DNA of 64,000 bases from a candidate division FCPU426 bacterium (GTDB taxonomy: Bacteria > Oederibacteriota > Muellerivitia > Muellerivitales > Muellerivitaceae). Below are positions 37,794 to 48,600 of the stretch, in pieces. Made by a program: the position numbers and the translations under genes. Under the pieces are notes generated by a model. That model worked only from the letters and a program-made list of their open reading frames with translations. It was not told the origin of the DNA and ran no database searches. Positions within the stretch are counted from its first letter, which is position 1; every line of letters starts with the position of its first letter. The DNA lies in contig CAVRAL010000001.1 in the NCBI GenBank assembly GCA_963719085.1, positions 1,056,001-1,120,000 on the forward strand, read 5' to 3'.

Positions 37794-39958
37794 GCCGAAT
37801 CCTTTCGCGCGAGTCGGCCCGGCCATAGGGATCGTGCCATCGCGATCAAACGCCGTTTAATGAATTTACGCGCCATTCGAAAGTACGAAGCGATAAACCG
37901 AAGACTCGTCATCAGCCGGGGATTCACCGACAGGGCCACGCTCCAAATTTTGAACCAGGGGAATCCGCCTTCTTGGGAATGGGTGAGACTTTGGTTAAAA
38001 AGAAAAGCCAGGGTCTGGGCCTCATAACGGGACAAATGCGGCTCAAGGCGGGACTGAGAGGTCAATCCCCTTTTAATGGCCATTTGGGCAATGGAGCGGA
38101 AAATCCGCGAGTTGGCCGATATCTGGTGGAATGGCACTTTTGAGCTGGCATTGTCCCCATGCTGGACCCAGCAGCCAGCGATCGTGTTCAAAAGAAGAAC
38201 CTCGCCTTCCAGCGACAGTCTTAAAAAAGAATCCATATCCGAGGAACTGATGGGAGCCGTATAGCAGCCGTTCCGGACCGCTTCCCGGCGGTCGAACAAA
38301 ATTCCCAAATGGGTGAAGAAGCCTGTTTGAAAGACAAATTTCAAATAATCGGCCCCGGTCAGACATTTTTCGGATTCGGGGATCGGGGGCAATAAATCCA
38401 CATCCGGTTTCTTTTCATCCGCGAAATGAACCCGATGGCCGGCCTGGGCGAATAAAATTTTCCGGCCCGACTGCCTCCCAATCGCTTCCCGGGCGCGGCT
38501 GATAAAGACCGGGTCGGTCAAATAATCATCCCCGTCCAGCATCAGAGCCCAATCCCCTTGGGCGCATTCGACAATCGCTTTGCGGTAATTGGCCGCCCGG
38601 CCCAAATTCGCCTGGTTGCGGACATAATGAAAACGCGGATCGCTTTTCCACTTTTGACATAAGATCCCGGTTTTATCGGTGGAAGCGTCATCGACCACAA
38701 TGACCTCCAAGGAGCGAAAATTTTGCATCAGGGCGCTGGAAACCGCCCGATCCAAAAAGCCTTCCTGATTATAGGTCGGGATAAGAATGGAGACCTCGGG
38801 GCGGGCTTCCCGGAGAGGCCGCTCCTCTAAAAGTCCGGCCAAACGGGCCGTCTCGCCGGCCCCATCGCTGAGGGGCGGGGATTCTTGGATGTTTCGGCCG
38901 AATTCCTCAATTAATCCTCGATTCAACAAGAGGCGGCTGAGGGCTCCATCGATCGCGGCGGGGTCGTTGGGGACGATGAATCCCGTGCGGCCATTTTCAA
39001 CCAACTCATCCGCGCCGTTCACATCGGTCATCAATACGGGTTTCCCCGCGTGGAGGGCCTCTAAAACCACCATGGAGCTGCCTTCGGATTTTGAAAGCAG
39101 CACAAATAGGTCGCACTTCGCCAACCAGGGATCAACCGCCTCTTGATGTCCCATCAAGAAGAACCGATCTTCCAAACCCAGTGCCTTGATTTCGGTTCGA
39201 AGACGGGGTTCTTCGGGTCCTTCCCCCAGGACGATCCAGCGAAAATCAATCCCTAAATCACGGAGCCGGGCATGCGCCCTTATGTTTTCAAGGATTTGTT
39301 TATCCGGAACCAACCGGGCCACCGTGAGCACCACGAGCAAGTCCCGCGGGACAATAACCGGTGTTTCACCGGCGGAAGAACCCGGCTCGTCCTCGCCGAT
39401 CGGCGGGAACATCACCTGAAAGGGCCGCTCTCTCAAAGGCGGGCAATGGGGAGCGATGGTGGTCCAAAGTTTCCGGGAGACCGTCAGGATAAGATCGGCG
39501 GCCAGGAGGCAGCTTTCCACGGAGCTTCTTTCCCGAAGGGATTGCTTGGAAAAAAAGATCAGCCCTTCATCCACCAGAAAGACAATTTTCCGGGGACTCC
39601 GCGCCAAGCTAAAAGCCACACAAGCGCGCCAGTCGGGAAAAACCGAGGTGCCCAGGACGGCATGATAGTCCCGTTGAAGGGGCTCAATCTTTTCACGCTG
39701 TAAAAAAAGCTCCATCGAGCCCAGCGAGTCCTGTTCGCCTAAGGAGTAAGCCCCCGTGTCCCGATGGCCCATTTGAAGCCGGAAAAGCCCCACTTCGGCC
39801 GGAAGACGGGAAAGCATCCGCTCGTCCGCGGGGCCCGTGACCAGGAAATCAATGTCATAAATGGAAACAAGACGCCGGATGTGGCGAAGCGCCAACAAGG
39901 CGGCTCCGCCCGGAGTGAATTCCCAAGCGATGAACAAGATTCTTTTTTTGGGCGTCAT
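37790..39958 (-). CDS. Bifunctional GT4-GT2 glycosyltransferase
   Basis: GT4: VARLVPDK, SKSEGSSMVVLEA. GT2: VSILIPTYN, VVDDASTD, LDGDD. Confidence 0.92.
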   Translation of the reverse strand: MTPKKRILFIAWEFTPGGAALLALRHIRRLVSIYDIDFLVTGPADERMLSRLPAEVGLFRLQMGHRDTGAYSLGEQDSLGSMELFLQREKIEPLQRDYHAVLGTSVFPDWRACVAFSLARSPRKIVFLVDEGLIFFSKQSLRERSSVESCLLAADLILTVSRKLWTTIAPHCPPLRERPFQVMFPPIGEDEPGSSAGETPVIVPRDLLVVLTVARLVPDKQILENIRAHARLRDLGIDFRWIVLGEGPEEPRLRTEIKALGLEDRFFLMGHQEAVDPWLAKCDLFVLLSKSEGSSMVVLEALHAGKPVLMTDVNGADELVENGRTGFIVPNDPAAIDGALSRLLLNRGLIEEFGRNIQESPPLSDGAGETARLAGLLEERPLREARPEVSILIPTYNQEGFLDRAVSSALMQNFRSLEVIVVDDASTDKTGILCQKWKSDPRFHYVRNQANLGRAANYRKAIVECAQGDWALMLDGDDYLTDPVFISRAREAIGRQSGRKILFAQAGHRVHFADEKKPDVDLLPPIPESEKCLTGADYLKFVFQTGFFTHLGILFDRREAVRNGCYTAPISSSDMDSFLRLSLEGEVLLLNTIAGCWVQHGDNASSKVPFHQISANSRIFRSIAQMAIKRGLTSQSRLEPHLSRYEAQTLAFLFNQSLTHSQEGGFPWFKIWSVALSVNPRLMTSLRFIASYFRMARKFIKRRLIAMARSLWPGRLARKDSA

Positions 39959-40067
39959 GGTGGACAAGATCCGGTCGTTTAATTGATTCCATGACAATCA
40001 TAATTGCGGCCGGGTCGTTTTTGGAAAAAAGCGTCAGGTCTCGTCCGATTCGCGGGTCGCGAAAATA

Positions 40068-40100
40068 AAAAAAAGGCCGGCCCACAGGGCCGGCCTTTTT
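40068..40100. terminator. Intrinsic terminator
   Basis: AAAAAAAGGCCGGCCC-ACA-GGGCCGGCCTTTTT. Confidence 0.8.
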
Positions 40101-40128
40101 CGCTTTATTCGTTTAAATCCAACGGGTC

Positions 40129-40335
40129 TTACTGGCCGTCATACCGATGGTCATTGTACCAGGGGTGATTGGACCGCCAATTATCATCATGGTCATGATC
40201 GTAATGCCACCTGGAATCATGGACCACGACCTCAACCCCCGCGCCCTGGCCGCTCATATGGGCGTAACAGCCCGAAGTCCAAGTGACGCAAAGCGCGAAA
40301 AGAACCGCGTAACAACCCAACGTAAAAATTTTCAT
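40129..40335 (-). CDS. Small His/Asp/Trp-rich lipoprotein
   Basis: GGGGAGG RBS, lipobox TSGC, HDSRWHYDHDHDDNW. Confidence 0.65.
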   Translation of the reverse strand: MKIFTLGCYAVLFALCVTWTSGCYAHMSGQGAGVEVVVHDSRWHYDHDHDDNWRSNHPWYNDHRYDGQ

Positions 40336-40457
40336 CAACACACCTCCCCGAAATTTAAAACCATTTCGAACCCATGGCTGTTTTCATCCTAAATCCCTCA
40401 AAAAGAAGGCGGGCGCGATGGCGCGCCCGCCCCAAGAAACGGATGTGAAATTGTCGA

Positions 40458-40976
40458 TTACTGCGCCGCCGCGTCCTGTTTTTTGTCCGCGATCTTCTCG
40501 TCGGTTTTATCCAGCTTTTGCTCGTTGGAGTCCATCTGCTTCACGTTCGCGTCGCGATGCATGCGGTCAGCGTCCAACTTAGCGATGCTTTTGTCCCGCT
40601 TGGCGCGATGGTGTTTTAACTTCGCCGCGTCATGATGGATATCGTGATGGTCATCCCGGATATCGGCGCGGTCTTTTCGCGCGTCTTTCGAGTCGCCATT
40701 CGCCTTGGCATCCTTCAATCCGGCCCGATCCTCCGACAATTGCTTCGAGTCGGAGCGCTCATCCTTTTTCTCGCCCTTAATGGCCGAATCATTATCTTGG
40801 ATGGCGTTTTGATCCTTGCCCATTTTGTCATCGGCCTTATTCACGCCGGTTTGATCCTGGCTCACGTCCGTTTTGAGATTCTGCTTATCATTTTGAAGCG
40901 AAGCGTCATCGGCCATCGAAATCCCGGCCGCCGACACAAACCACAATCCCATCAAAACCGCCAATTGCTTTCTCAT
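40458..40976 (-). CDS. Exported highly hydrophilic coiled-coil protein
   Basis: Signal peptide; D/K/Q-rich 7-residue periodicity (DRADIRD DHHDIHH D). Confidence 0.8.
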   Translation of the reverse strand: MRKQLAVLMGLWFVSAAGISMADDASLQNDKQNLKTDVSQDQTGVNKADDKMGKDQNAIQDNDSAIKGEKKDERSDSKQLSEDRAGLKDAKANGDSKDARKDRADIRDDHHDIHHDAAKLKHHRAKRDKSIAKLDADRMHRDANVKQMDSNEQKLDKTDEKIADKKQDAAAQ

Positions 40977-41037
40977 TTTTTGTTTTCCTTTTTCTTTCGT
41001 CTATTCAACTTTAAAAGCTCAAAACCCCGGCAACGCC

Positions 41038-41757
41038 TTAGGGCATCGTGATGTTATTGGTCAACAGCGTCACTTCGCCGGTCTGTGACAAGGCCCGGCC
41101 CACCAGAACCGCGCCGGCGGCAAAGGTGATGTCCGTATGAGCCATCACGGTTCCCTTGAAGGACGTCGTGGTGTTAAAGGCGCAGCCGCTGCCCACTTGC
41201 CAGAAAACGTTGGAAGCTTGCGCGCTTCCGGTCAAGATGACTTTGCGTCCGGGACCTGTCGTCAGGGTCGAGGCGATCTGGAAAATAAAGACGGCGTCCG
41301 GGTTGCCCAAACCATCCAAAGTCAGGTCTCCCGACGATATCTCAAGCGAACCGGTTGATTTATAGAGCCCTGGATAAAGTGTTTGGCCCCCCAAATTACC
41401 GGAAACCGACGCGGGCGTAACCCTTCCCGCGGCATTGTTGTAAGCCGTGGTCAAATCCCCTTGAGCGATCGACGCGGCGCCGTTGGCCACATCCGAAACC
41501 CCCGAGCAATTGATCACCCACTGCGTTCCCGTCACCGAGCTGCCCGGATATTCGCCCAGTCCCCCGCAAAGAGTGACCGGACCGCTTTCCGTGATGGTGG
41601 TGGAAGCGAGGACCACGTAATTCGCCGCCGCCCCAAGCGTCACCGGCGCCTGAACGGATTGAACCGTCCCCAGGCCCGCGGGACTACCGGAACAACCCGC
41701 GATCAAACCGGCTGACATTAATAATGGCGCGACCAAAAAACCTTTGAATTTTTTCAC
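41038..41757 (-). CDS. Ice-binding protein, DUF3494 family, lipoprotein
   Basis: Lipobox IAGC; LGAAANYVVLAS, AQGDLTTAYN.AAG, LGGQTLYPGLY, LTLDG.GNPDAVFIFQI, AQASNVFWQVG. Confidence 0.93.
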   Translation of the reverse strand: MKKFKGFLVAPLLMSAGLIAGCSGSPAGLGTVQSVQAPVTLGAAANYVVLASTTITESGPVTLCGGLGEYPGSSVTGTQWVINCSGVSDVANGAASIAQGDLTTAYNNAAGRVTPASVSGNLGGQTLYPGLYKSTGSLEISSGDLTLDGLGNPDAVFIFQIASTLTTGPGRKVILTGSAQASNVFWQVGSGCAFNTTTSFKGTVMAHTDITFAAGAVLVGRALSQTGEVTLLTNNITMP

Positions 41758-41804
41758 ACTCACCGTTCCTAAGAATTTTTTATGAAGGTTACAGGGGAGG
41801 TTAA

Positions 41805-41820
41805 AGCAAGGAACGTGCCT
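41805..41820 (-). promoter_or_regulatory. Sigma54 (-24/-12) promoter
   Basis: AGGCACGTTCCTTGCT versus consensus TGGCACG-N4-TTGCW, about 50 nt upstream of the start codon. Confidence 0.7.
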
Positions 41821-42034
41821 CGAAGGTCGGAGGCCAAAGCTTGGATAAATCGAGCAAAAGCGGGGCTTCCCGTGATTTAAAAAAATGGGAACGATCCAAA
41901 GAACCGCGGCGTCAATCAAAACGAGGCTCTCGATTATCGTTTTGATCGCCCCGACAAAAAGTCGAATTAAAACAGGGCCGGGTATGAAAACGGAAGCGGC
42001 GCCCCGCAGGAAGCCGGCGCGGGATCCCCGCGGT

Positions 42035-42547
42035 TTAGGGCAAAGCCTTCCAAACCCGGCCGGGCGCGGCGGGAAGCGAATCCATGTGTTTCAGGAAAAG
42101 AGTGATTTCCCAAATTTGCTCATCGGTGAGGGTTTGGCTGAAACCGGGCATCCCAGTCAAGCGGATCCCGTGTTTGATCTTCCAAAAAGGCGCGCCATCC
42201 GGGTCATCCTCCACACCCTCCCGGGCCAATTGGGGGGCGGGTTGGAAAAGCCCCACGGCAATGTTGGACGCCTTCGCGTCGGAATAACCGTGGCAGACCG
42301 CGCAATTCATGGAATAGAGCCGGATTCCATCAATCAAATGAGAATCCGTGAGGGCCACGGGGTTGGGCCCTTGGGGGGCTTCCCGTTTTAAGGTTGCCCG
42401 AAGGGATGTGTGCGCCGCCCAGCTTTCAAAAAAACCGGGCTTGCCGTCCGCGTTGGCCGGCATGAATCCCAGAATGATAAAAAAATAAACTCCCAAGACA
42501 CCCAGAACCAAAGTCAGCGCGATTCCGATCGCTATTCCCTTGAGCAT
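42035..42547 (-). CDS. Membrane-anchored monoheme cytochrome c
   Basis: N-terminal TM, CAVCHG, GIRLTGMPGF. Confidence 0.92.
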   Translation of the reverse strand: MLKGIAIGIALTLVLGVLGVYFFIILGFMPANADGKPGFFESWAAHTSLRATLKREAPQGPNPVALTDSHLIDGIRLYSMNCAVCHGYSDAKASNIAVGLFQPAPQLAREGVEDDPDGAPFWKIKHGIRLTGMPGFSQTLTDEQIWEITLFLKHMDSLPAAPGRVWKALP

Positions 42548-42645
42548 TGTTTTTTCCTGTTCCGGCCGAACTAAAGCCGATGGTTTGAAGCGTCTTGCTT
42601 GTCCGCCGCGGACAACATAAAGAACAACCAGACCGTTCGTCCAAT

Positions 42646-42673
42646 AAAAAAGCCGTTCCATGTCGGAACGGCC
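42646..42673 (-). terminator. Intrinsic terminator after the autotransporter
   Basis: GGCCGTTCC-GACAT-GGAACGGC-TTTTTT. Confidence 0.8.
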
Positions 42674-42699
42674 TCCGAAAGCTTTTATTCCATCCCATT

Positions 42700-45600
42700 T
42701 CAGAAGCCGAGATTCACCCCGCCCGAGAAGTTTTGCGCGGCGTAATGGGTCATACCCAACTTATTTTGATAATCCACGTGGACATTCAGGTTTTTGGCGA
42801 ACTCCGCGTTAAGCCCGACCCCCAAGATCGCCGCGTCGGTTCCGGTGGCGGCCCCGCTCACCGTAAAGTCGTTGCCCGATCCCAAGTTGGCCGTCAGGCT
42901 GTCGTCATTTCCTTCGTACAAGTGCTCCCAAGCCGCGCTCAAAGAAGGCGAAAACTTCACTCCACCCGCCGTCCAAACCCGGCTCAATTGAACGCCCAAG
43001 TCGCTGCTCAAATAGCCCTCGCCTTGGGCGGCGTAAGTCAAAGGCGACGCCGAACCCTTTTCGATGAATCCGTTCACATTCACTTGGGTGAATTGGCCCG
43101 AGAGCGACGGGCTGATCGTCAAGCCGTCGGTTTCCCAATCAAATCCCAGGTTGGCCTGGCCTGTCATTTGGGTTCCGGAGGCGCTTCCGTTGGCCGCCCC
43201 GCCGAGGGAGGCGCGCTCCGTGCCGTAGTTGTCGATGCCGGCTTCCACCAAACCATTGAGATGAAGGTCGGCTTGTTTGAACCCGGCGAAAACTCCCAAC
43301 TGGCCGCCCGTCACATTCACCGTTCCGGTCGATTGGCTGGAACCGGATTGAGTGTAGCCCAGCATCAATCCGCCCATGAGATCCTTGCCCAGTCGGGTCT
43401 GAAGGCCCGCCATCGTGCCTCCGGTGGAAAACTGATAACCGGCGCCATTGCCGTCGCCCGTCACGGTCCCGAAATCACCCAACCCGCTCACGAACACGTT
43501 CCAGGCCGGGCCGGCGTTTTCCAACCCCTGCGCCATCCGGGCTTCCTGCCCCGCCGGCAGGTTTCCCGCGAACCTCGGTCCGTTCGTATTCCAAGCCGCC
43601 GAGCGCGAGCCCTCCTCCAATCCCAGCCCGTCCCAGAAGTTTGAAATTTGCCGGCCGATGAGTCCGGCTTCCATCTGTGAATTCGAGAATCCAATCTTAA
43701 AGATCGGCGTCAGGCCGTCCGGCGACAACAAGTTGTAAATTCCCGGCAAAGCGCTGTCCGGATGGGAATTGAGAATATTGAGTAAGCCGGGGTCCAGTGA
43801 ATGGTCGTCCAAGAAATCCAAAACCCCCGCAACCGCTTTCTGGTTGGGCGTCAAGGCCAGATCCGAGAAAGTCGGGGCCACGATGGCCAAGGTCACCGCG
43901 CCGGTTCCGTAAATGACGGAAACAGAGGCGCTTGAAAGCGTGTCAAAAACCGAGGCGAAGGTCGTGCTTCCCAATCCCGCGGAATCCAAAATTTCAAAGG
44001 TCCGGCTTCCCCGGGTCGTGGACACGATTTCCAAGGCGCCGTCCAAGCTGGCCGTGCCGGTCACGTCCACCAAAACCGGCGAGGAATTACTCAGGCCCAA
44101 CCGCAGGGTCGCCCCGGCGGATTGGGTGTAATCGCCGCCCACGCTTAAGGTGAGCGGACCGTTGAGGGCCAAGGTGGCGTTGTTCACCACATCGCCGGAT
44201 CCAAGGGCGGTCGCGTTGCCGGCCGCCAGGGTACCGCCGGAAATCGTGGTGTCGCCGCTGTAGCTGTTGGCGCCGGACAGGGTCAAGGCCCCCGAACCTA
44301 GCTTTTCAAAACTCGCGTTGCCCGCGATCAATCCGCCGAAATTACCCGAGGAGGCTTGAATCTCGGCCGTACCGCCAATGACCGTGACCGAGCCCAATCC
44401 GCTCAAATCACCCAAGGCCAGCGACGCGGTTCCTGTCACCGAGCCCGAACCATCCAAACCTCCCTCGACCGCGAAAGAAGAATCCGAGTCCGCCAGATCT
44501 AAAGAAGTCAAGCTCACCGAGGCGTTGCCGCCCAAACCGTTGCTCACGCCCGTCGCTCCAGCCCCGCCTTCGGCCAAAAGCGAAGCGCCGTGATTCAACA
44601 TCATGTTCCCCGCGTCCAAGGAAGCCTTGCCGCCCTGTCCGCCCACGCTATCCGTGCTGTATCCACCCGCTCCGCCGGAAACCGTCAAACCTGCGGCATC
44701 AATCGAAACCGGACCCGCCACCGTGAGGACCGCGTCGCCGCCGTCCCCGCCGTCACCCGAGCCCGCGTTGTTCGAACCAGCGCCGCCGGCCACGACCATG
44801 CCGGCCGCCGAACCAATGGTTTGTCCCGCTTGGCCGTACGCATTGGACGTCAAAATGAGTTCGCCCAGACTGGCGATCGCGGTGCCGCCCGATGGGGCTA
44901 CGCCGCCCGCGCCATAGAAATCCAAGGCCAAACCGCCGGTCACGGACAGGGAGGCCGAGTCCACCGTCACCCCTCCATCCACCGTCAGGGCGGCCGATCC
45001 GCTCACGACGCCCAATTGATCCCCGTAATATCCCGACCCTACCTGTCCGCCGGAAACCGTGAACTGGGAAGTGTTGAACGCCGAAGTCAGGTAAAGGTTT
45101 TGGCCGATGGAAACAAAGCCATCGCCTCCCGATCCGCCCAGGTAGGAACCGCTGCCGCCGTACCCTCCCGCCGCGTAAAAATGGCTGGAATCAATCGAAA
45201 CCGATCCATCGGTGGCCAAAGCCGCCAAACCGCCGTTGCCGGCGTTATCACTGTTATAGTCCTGCGCGCCCGCGCCCCCGGTCACGGAAAAGCTGGAGGT
45301 CAAAGCGGGCGACGTTGTTACGGGATCCGAAGTTTCCACCAGGCTTCCCAGGGTCACCCAAGCGTTTCCGCCGTTGGATTCGGTCGCTCCGGTATCACCG
45401 AGGCCGTAATACGAGTCCCCTCCTTGCGCGACGAAAATAGATGAATCCATCGACACGGGACCATGGATCGAGACCGCCGCGTCCCCACCGGGGCCGGAGT
45501 CGCCATTGAAATTGTCGTAAGAGCCATATCCACCGTAAACCCCGACGATTGACTGACTGCCAAGGGCCAGCCCCGTCGCCTGGTAGTTGTTGGAGGTGAT

Positions 45601-48600
45601 GACCAGTTGGCCGGCGCTCAGAAAAGCGTTTCCGCCCGCCCCTTCGACTTGGCTGTTCACCCCTCCGCCAGAATTGCCCGAGCCGCCATCCACATAGAGC
45701 CCGCTTGAATCCACGGAAACGGCCCCGCCCACTCCCAGGCTTGCCGCGCCGCCGGAACCGGCCACACCCGGGCTGTAATAGGTAAGATCGGCGCCCGCGC
45801 TTCCCCCGGCGACGGTGAAATTCGAACCATCGTTATTCGCTGTCATCGTAAGGTTCGATCCGATGGTGACGAAGGCGCCCCCGCCGTCGCCGCCGGTCAC
45901 ATTGTCCGTGGAGCCTCCGCTGCCGCCATAAATATTGGCCGCGCTGGAATCCATCGACACGGATCCCGAAACCGTTAAAGCGCCCTGGCCCCCGGTCCCA
46001 GCCGTGTTTAAATAGTGGTTGTCGGATCCCGCCCCGCCCGAAATATTGAGAACTGTTTGAAATCCGTATTGACCGAACAAATCGCTGGTGAGCAAAAGGT
46101 TCGTGGTGGAAACCACGCCGTCCCCCCCGTTATCGGCCGGGACCGTTCCGCCGAAAATGTTTCCGCTCCCGCCCGCCACATTCACCGCGGACGTATCAAT
46201 CGACACGGATCCTGAAACCGTCAAGCGGGCGCCGCCGTTGGTCCCGTCACCCAGGGCGTAGCCAACACCGTCGCCGCCGCCAAACAAATCGAAGGTCGAA
46301 ATATTTTGGCTCGATGTCACGATGAAATTCTGCCCGATGGTCGCCGTGGCGTTCCCGCCGCTCCCCCCCACCGCGTCATTGTTATTACCGCCGTTGCCGG
46401 CGGTAAAATTCGCGTTGGCCGAATCCACCGAAACTCCCGCGCCAGCCAAGAAAAGAACGTCACCGCCGTCACCCGCCGCGCCCAGGCCCGTGTCCGCGCC
46501 GCCGTTGCCGGCCTTTAAGTTAAAGGAAATGTTGTGGCCGTTGCCCGACACCACCAAGCTGTCCGTCCACAAGGTCGCGTCTCCACCCGCGCCCTCGGTT
46601 AGGCCCGCCGAACTCGTACCCGATCCGCCGTTGCCCGCGATCAAGTTGATATTGCCCGAATCGAAAAGTTCACCCGCCAGGGTCACGCCCAAAGAGCCGC
46701 CCGCGCCGCCCAAGGCCGACCCTTGGGTATTTGATCCGCCGTTGCCGGCATTGACGTTCAAACTGGCGGAATTGGTTGAATAGTCCACGATTAAATTGGA
46801 GCCAAGCGAAACCCAGGCGCTCCCGCCGTTCCCCGCCTGGCCGAAGGCGCTGTTGCCGCCTGACCCCGCGGCGACATTGAGATTGGTGGATTCCACCGTC
46901 ACGCCGCCCAGGTCCGACAAGGAAGCCGAGCCGCCCGAACCACCGATGCCGCTCACGCCTTCGCTTCCGCCGGAGCCGGCCAAAATCTCAAAACTCGGAT
47001 TATTGGATCCCGCCACGGTCAAGTTCCCCAAGGACACCGAGGCGCCGCCGCCCGAACCCTCCGTCACACCCGCCGCCGCGTCGCCGGATTGCCCGCCGCC
47101 GCCGACCACGCTGACCGTACCCGAGGCTACCGACACCGCGCCCGCGACGGTCAAGGCCGCCTCACCGCCGCTGCCGCCCACGCCCAAAAGATCGTTGGTG
47201 CCCGCGGTTCCTGCGGCGGCACCGCTCATGTAATTACTGCCGTTAATTTGGCCCGAACCAGGCGTTGCCGACGAACCCGCTTTGCCGCCATTGCCGCCCA
47301 AAACGTTGAACTGGGAGGCATCCGTCAATGTCAAAGCCATCAAGCCGGCGCCCGCATCGCCCCCCACGCCGCCCGAGCCGCTCACGTCATCGCTTCCAGC
47401 CGTCCCGCCCTTGACCAGGCTGCCATCAACATTCTGGGCGTCGGAAATCGCGTTGCCTCCCAGGCCGACAGCGCCGCCTTGTCCGCCTAGGCCGGCCGTA
47501 ACATTGAAAATGGAATTGTCCAGCGAAACCGCGCCCGCGGAAGCCTGAGCGTTGCCGCCGTCGCCGCCCGCGCCGCCCACGTCATCGCTCCCGCCGGCTC
47601 CACCCCGGAGGGTCGCTGCGTCATCATAAGTACTCCCATAGAAACTGAAAGGATTGGAAGTCAGCGTTCCGCCCATCCCCACGCCGGCGCCGGACCCGCC
47701 GGATCCGGCGGCGACCACGAGCGATCCGTTGGAGATCGAGGCAGCGCCCAAGGAGACCGAAGCCGAGCCGCCGTTGCTGCCCGCCGCTCCCGTGACCCCA
47801 TTGGCGCCCGGATTGCCCGTAAGATTGACCATGTAAAGCTCGCTTTGAGACAGGATCGCGGCGCCGCCGACCTGGGCCGGGGCCGAAAGGCCCGCGGCGC
47901 CCGAAACCGTGACGTGGGACGAGTCGATGGAAACCATTCCCGCCACCGTCAAAGCCGCGCTTCCACCCGCCCCCAAAGCTCCAGGCGTGTCCGCGTTCCC
48001 AAAGTTCCCGCTCACCGTGGAGGGATAGGAAGTCGAACCGGTGAACTGGGCCGTGCCCCACAAGCCCGCCCCGCCCCCTTGGCCGCCCGCGCCGCCGGTG
48101 ATATCGAGGGTCGAGCCGTCGTCCAGCGCCAAAGAACTGAAAGACACCGCCGCGCTCCCGCCATTGCCGCCCGCGCCGCCCACGTCACTGTTGCCGCCGT
48201 TGCCCGTCTGGGCCACGCCCTGATCGGAGCCGGCCAAGACCGCGTTGCCGCCGTCACCCGCGTCACCGCCGTTACCGCCCACGCCGGCGGAAATAGAAAG
48301 GGTTGAATCGTCCAGGGACACCGCGCCCGCCAAAACCGTCGCCGACCCGCCATTGCCGCCCGCGCCGCCCATGTCGCCATCACCCCCGATGCCGCCAACC
48401 TCGGTGGTCGCGTAGGAACTGCTCAGGGAATAGGCTGCGCCGCCGGTCCCGACGAAACCGCCGTTACCGCCCGCGCCAGCCGCCACGGTCATTTGGGAGC
48501 CATTCACGAGGGACAAGGATCCGAAGGTCGCCGCCGCGCCGCCGCCGTTACCACCGGCGCCAGCCGTGACACCGCTCTGCGCGTTTCCCGCCGCCAGGCT

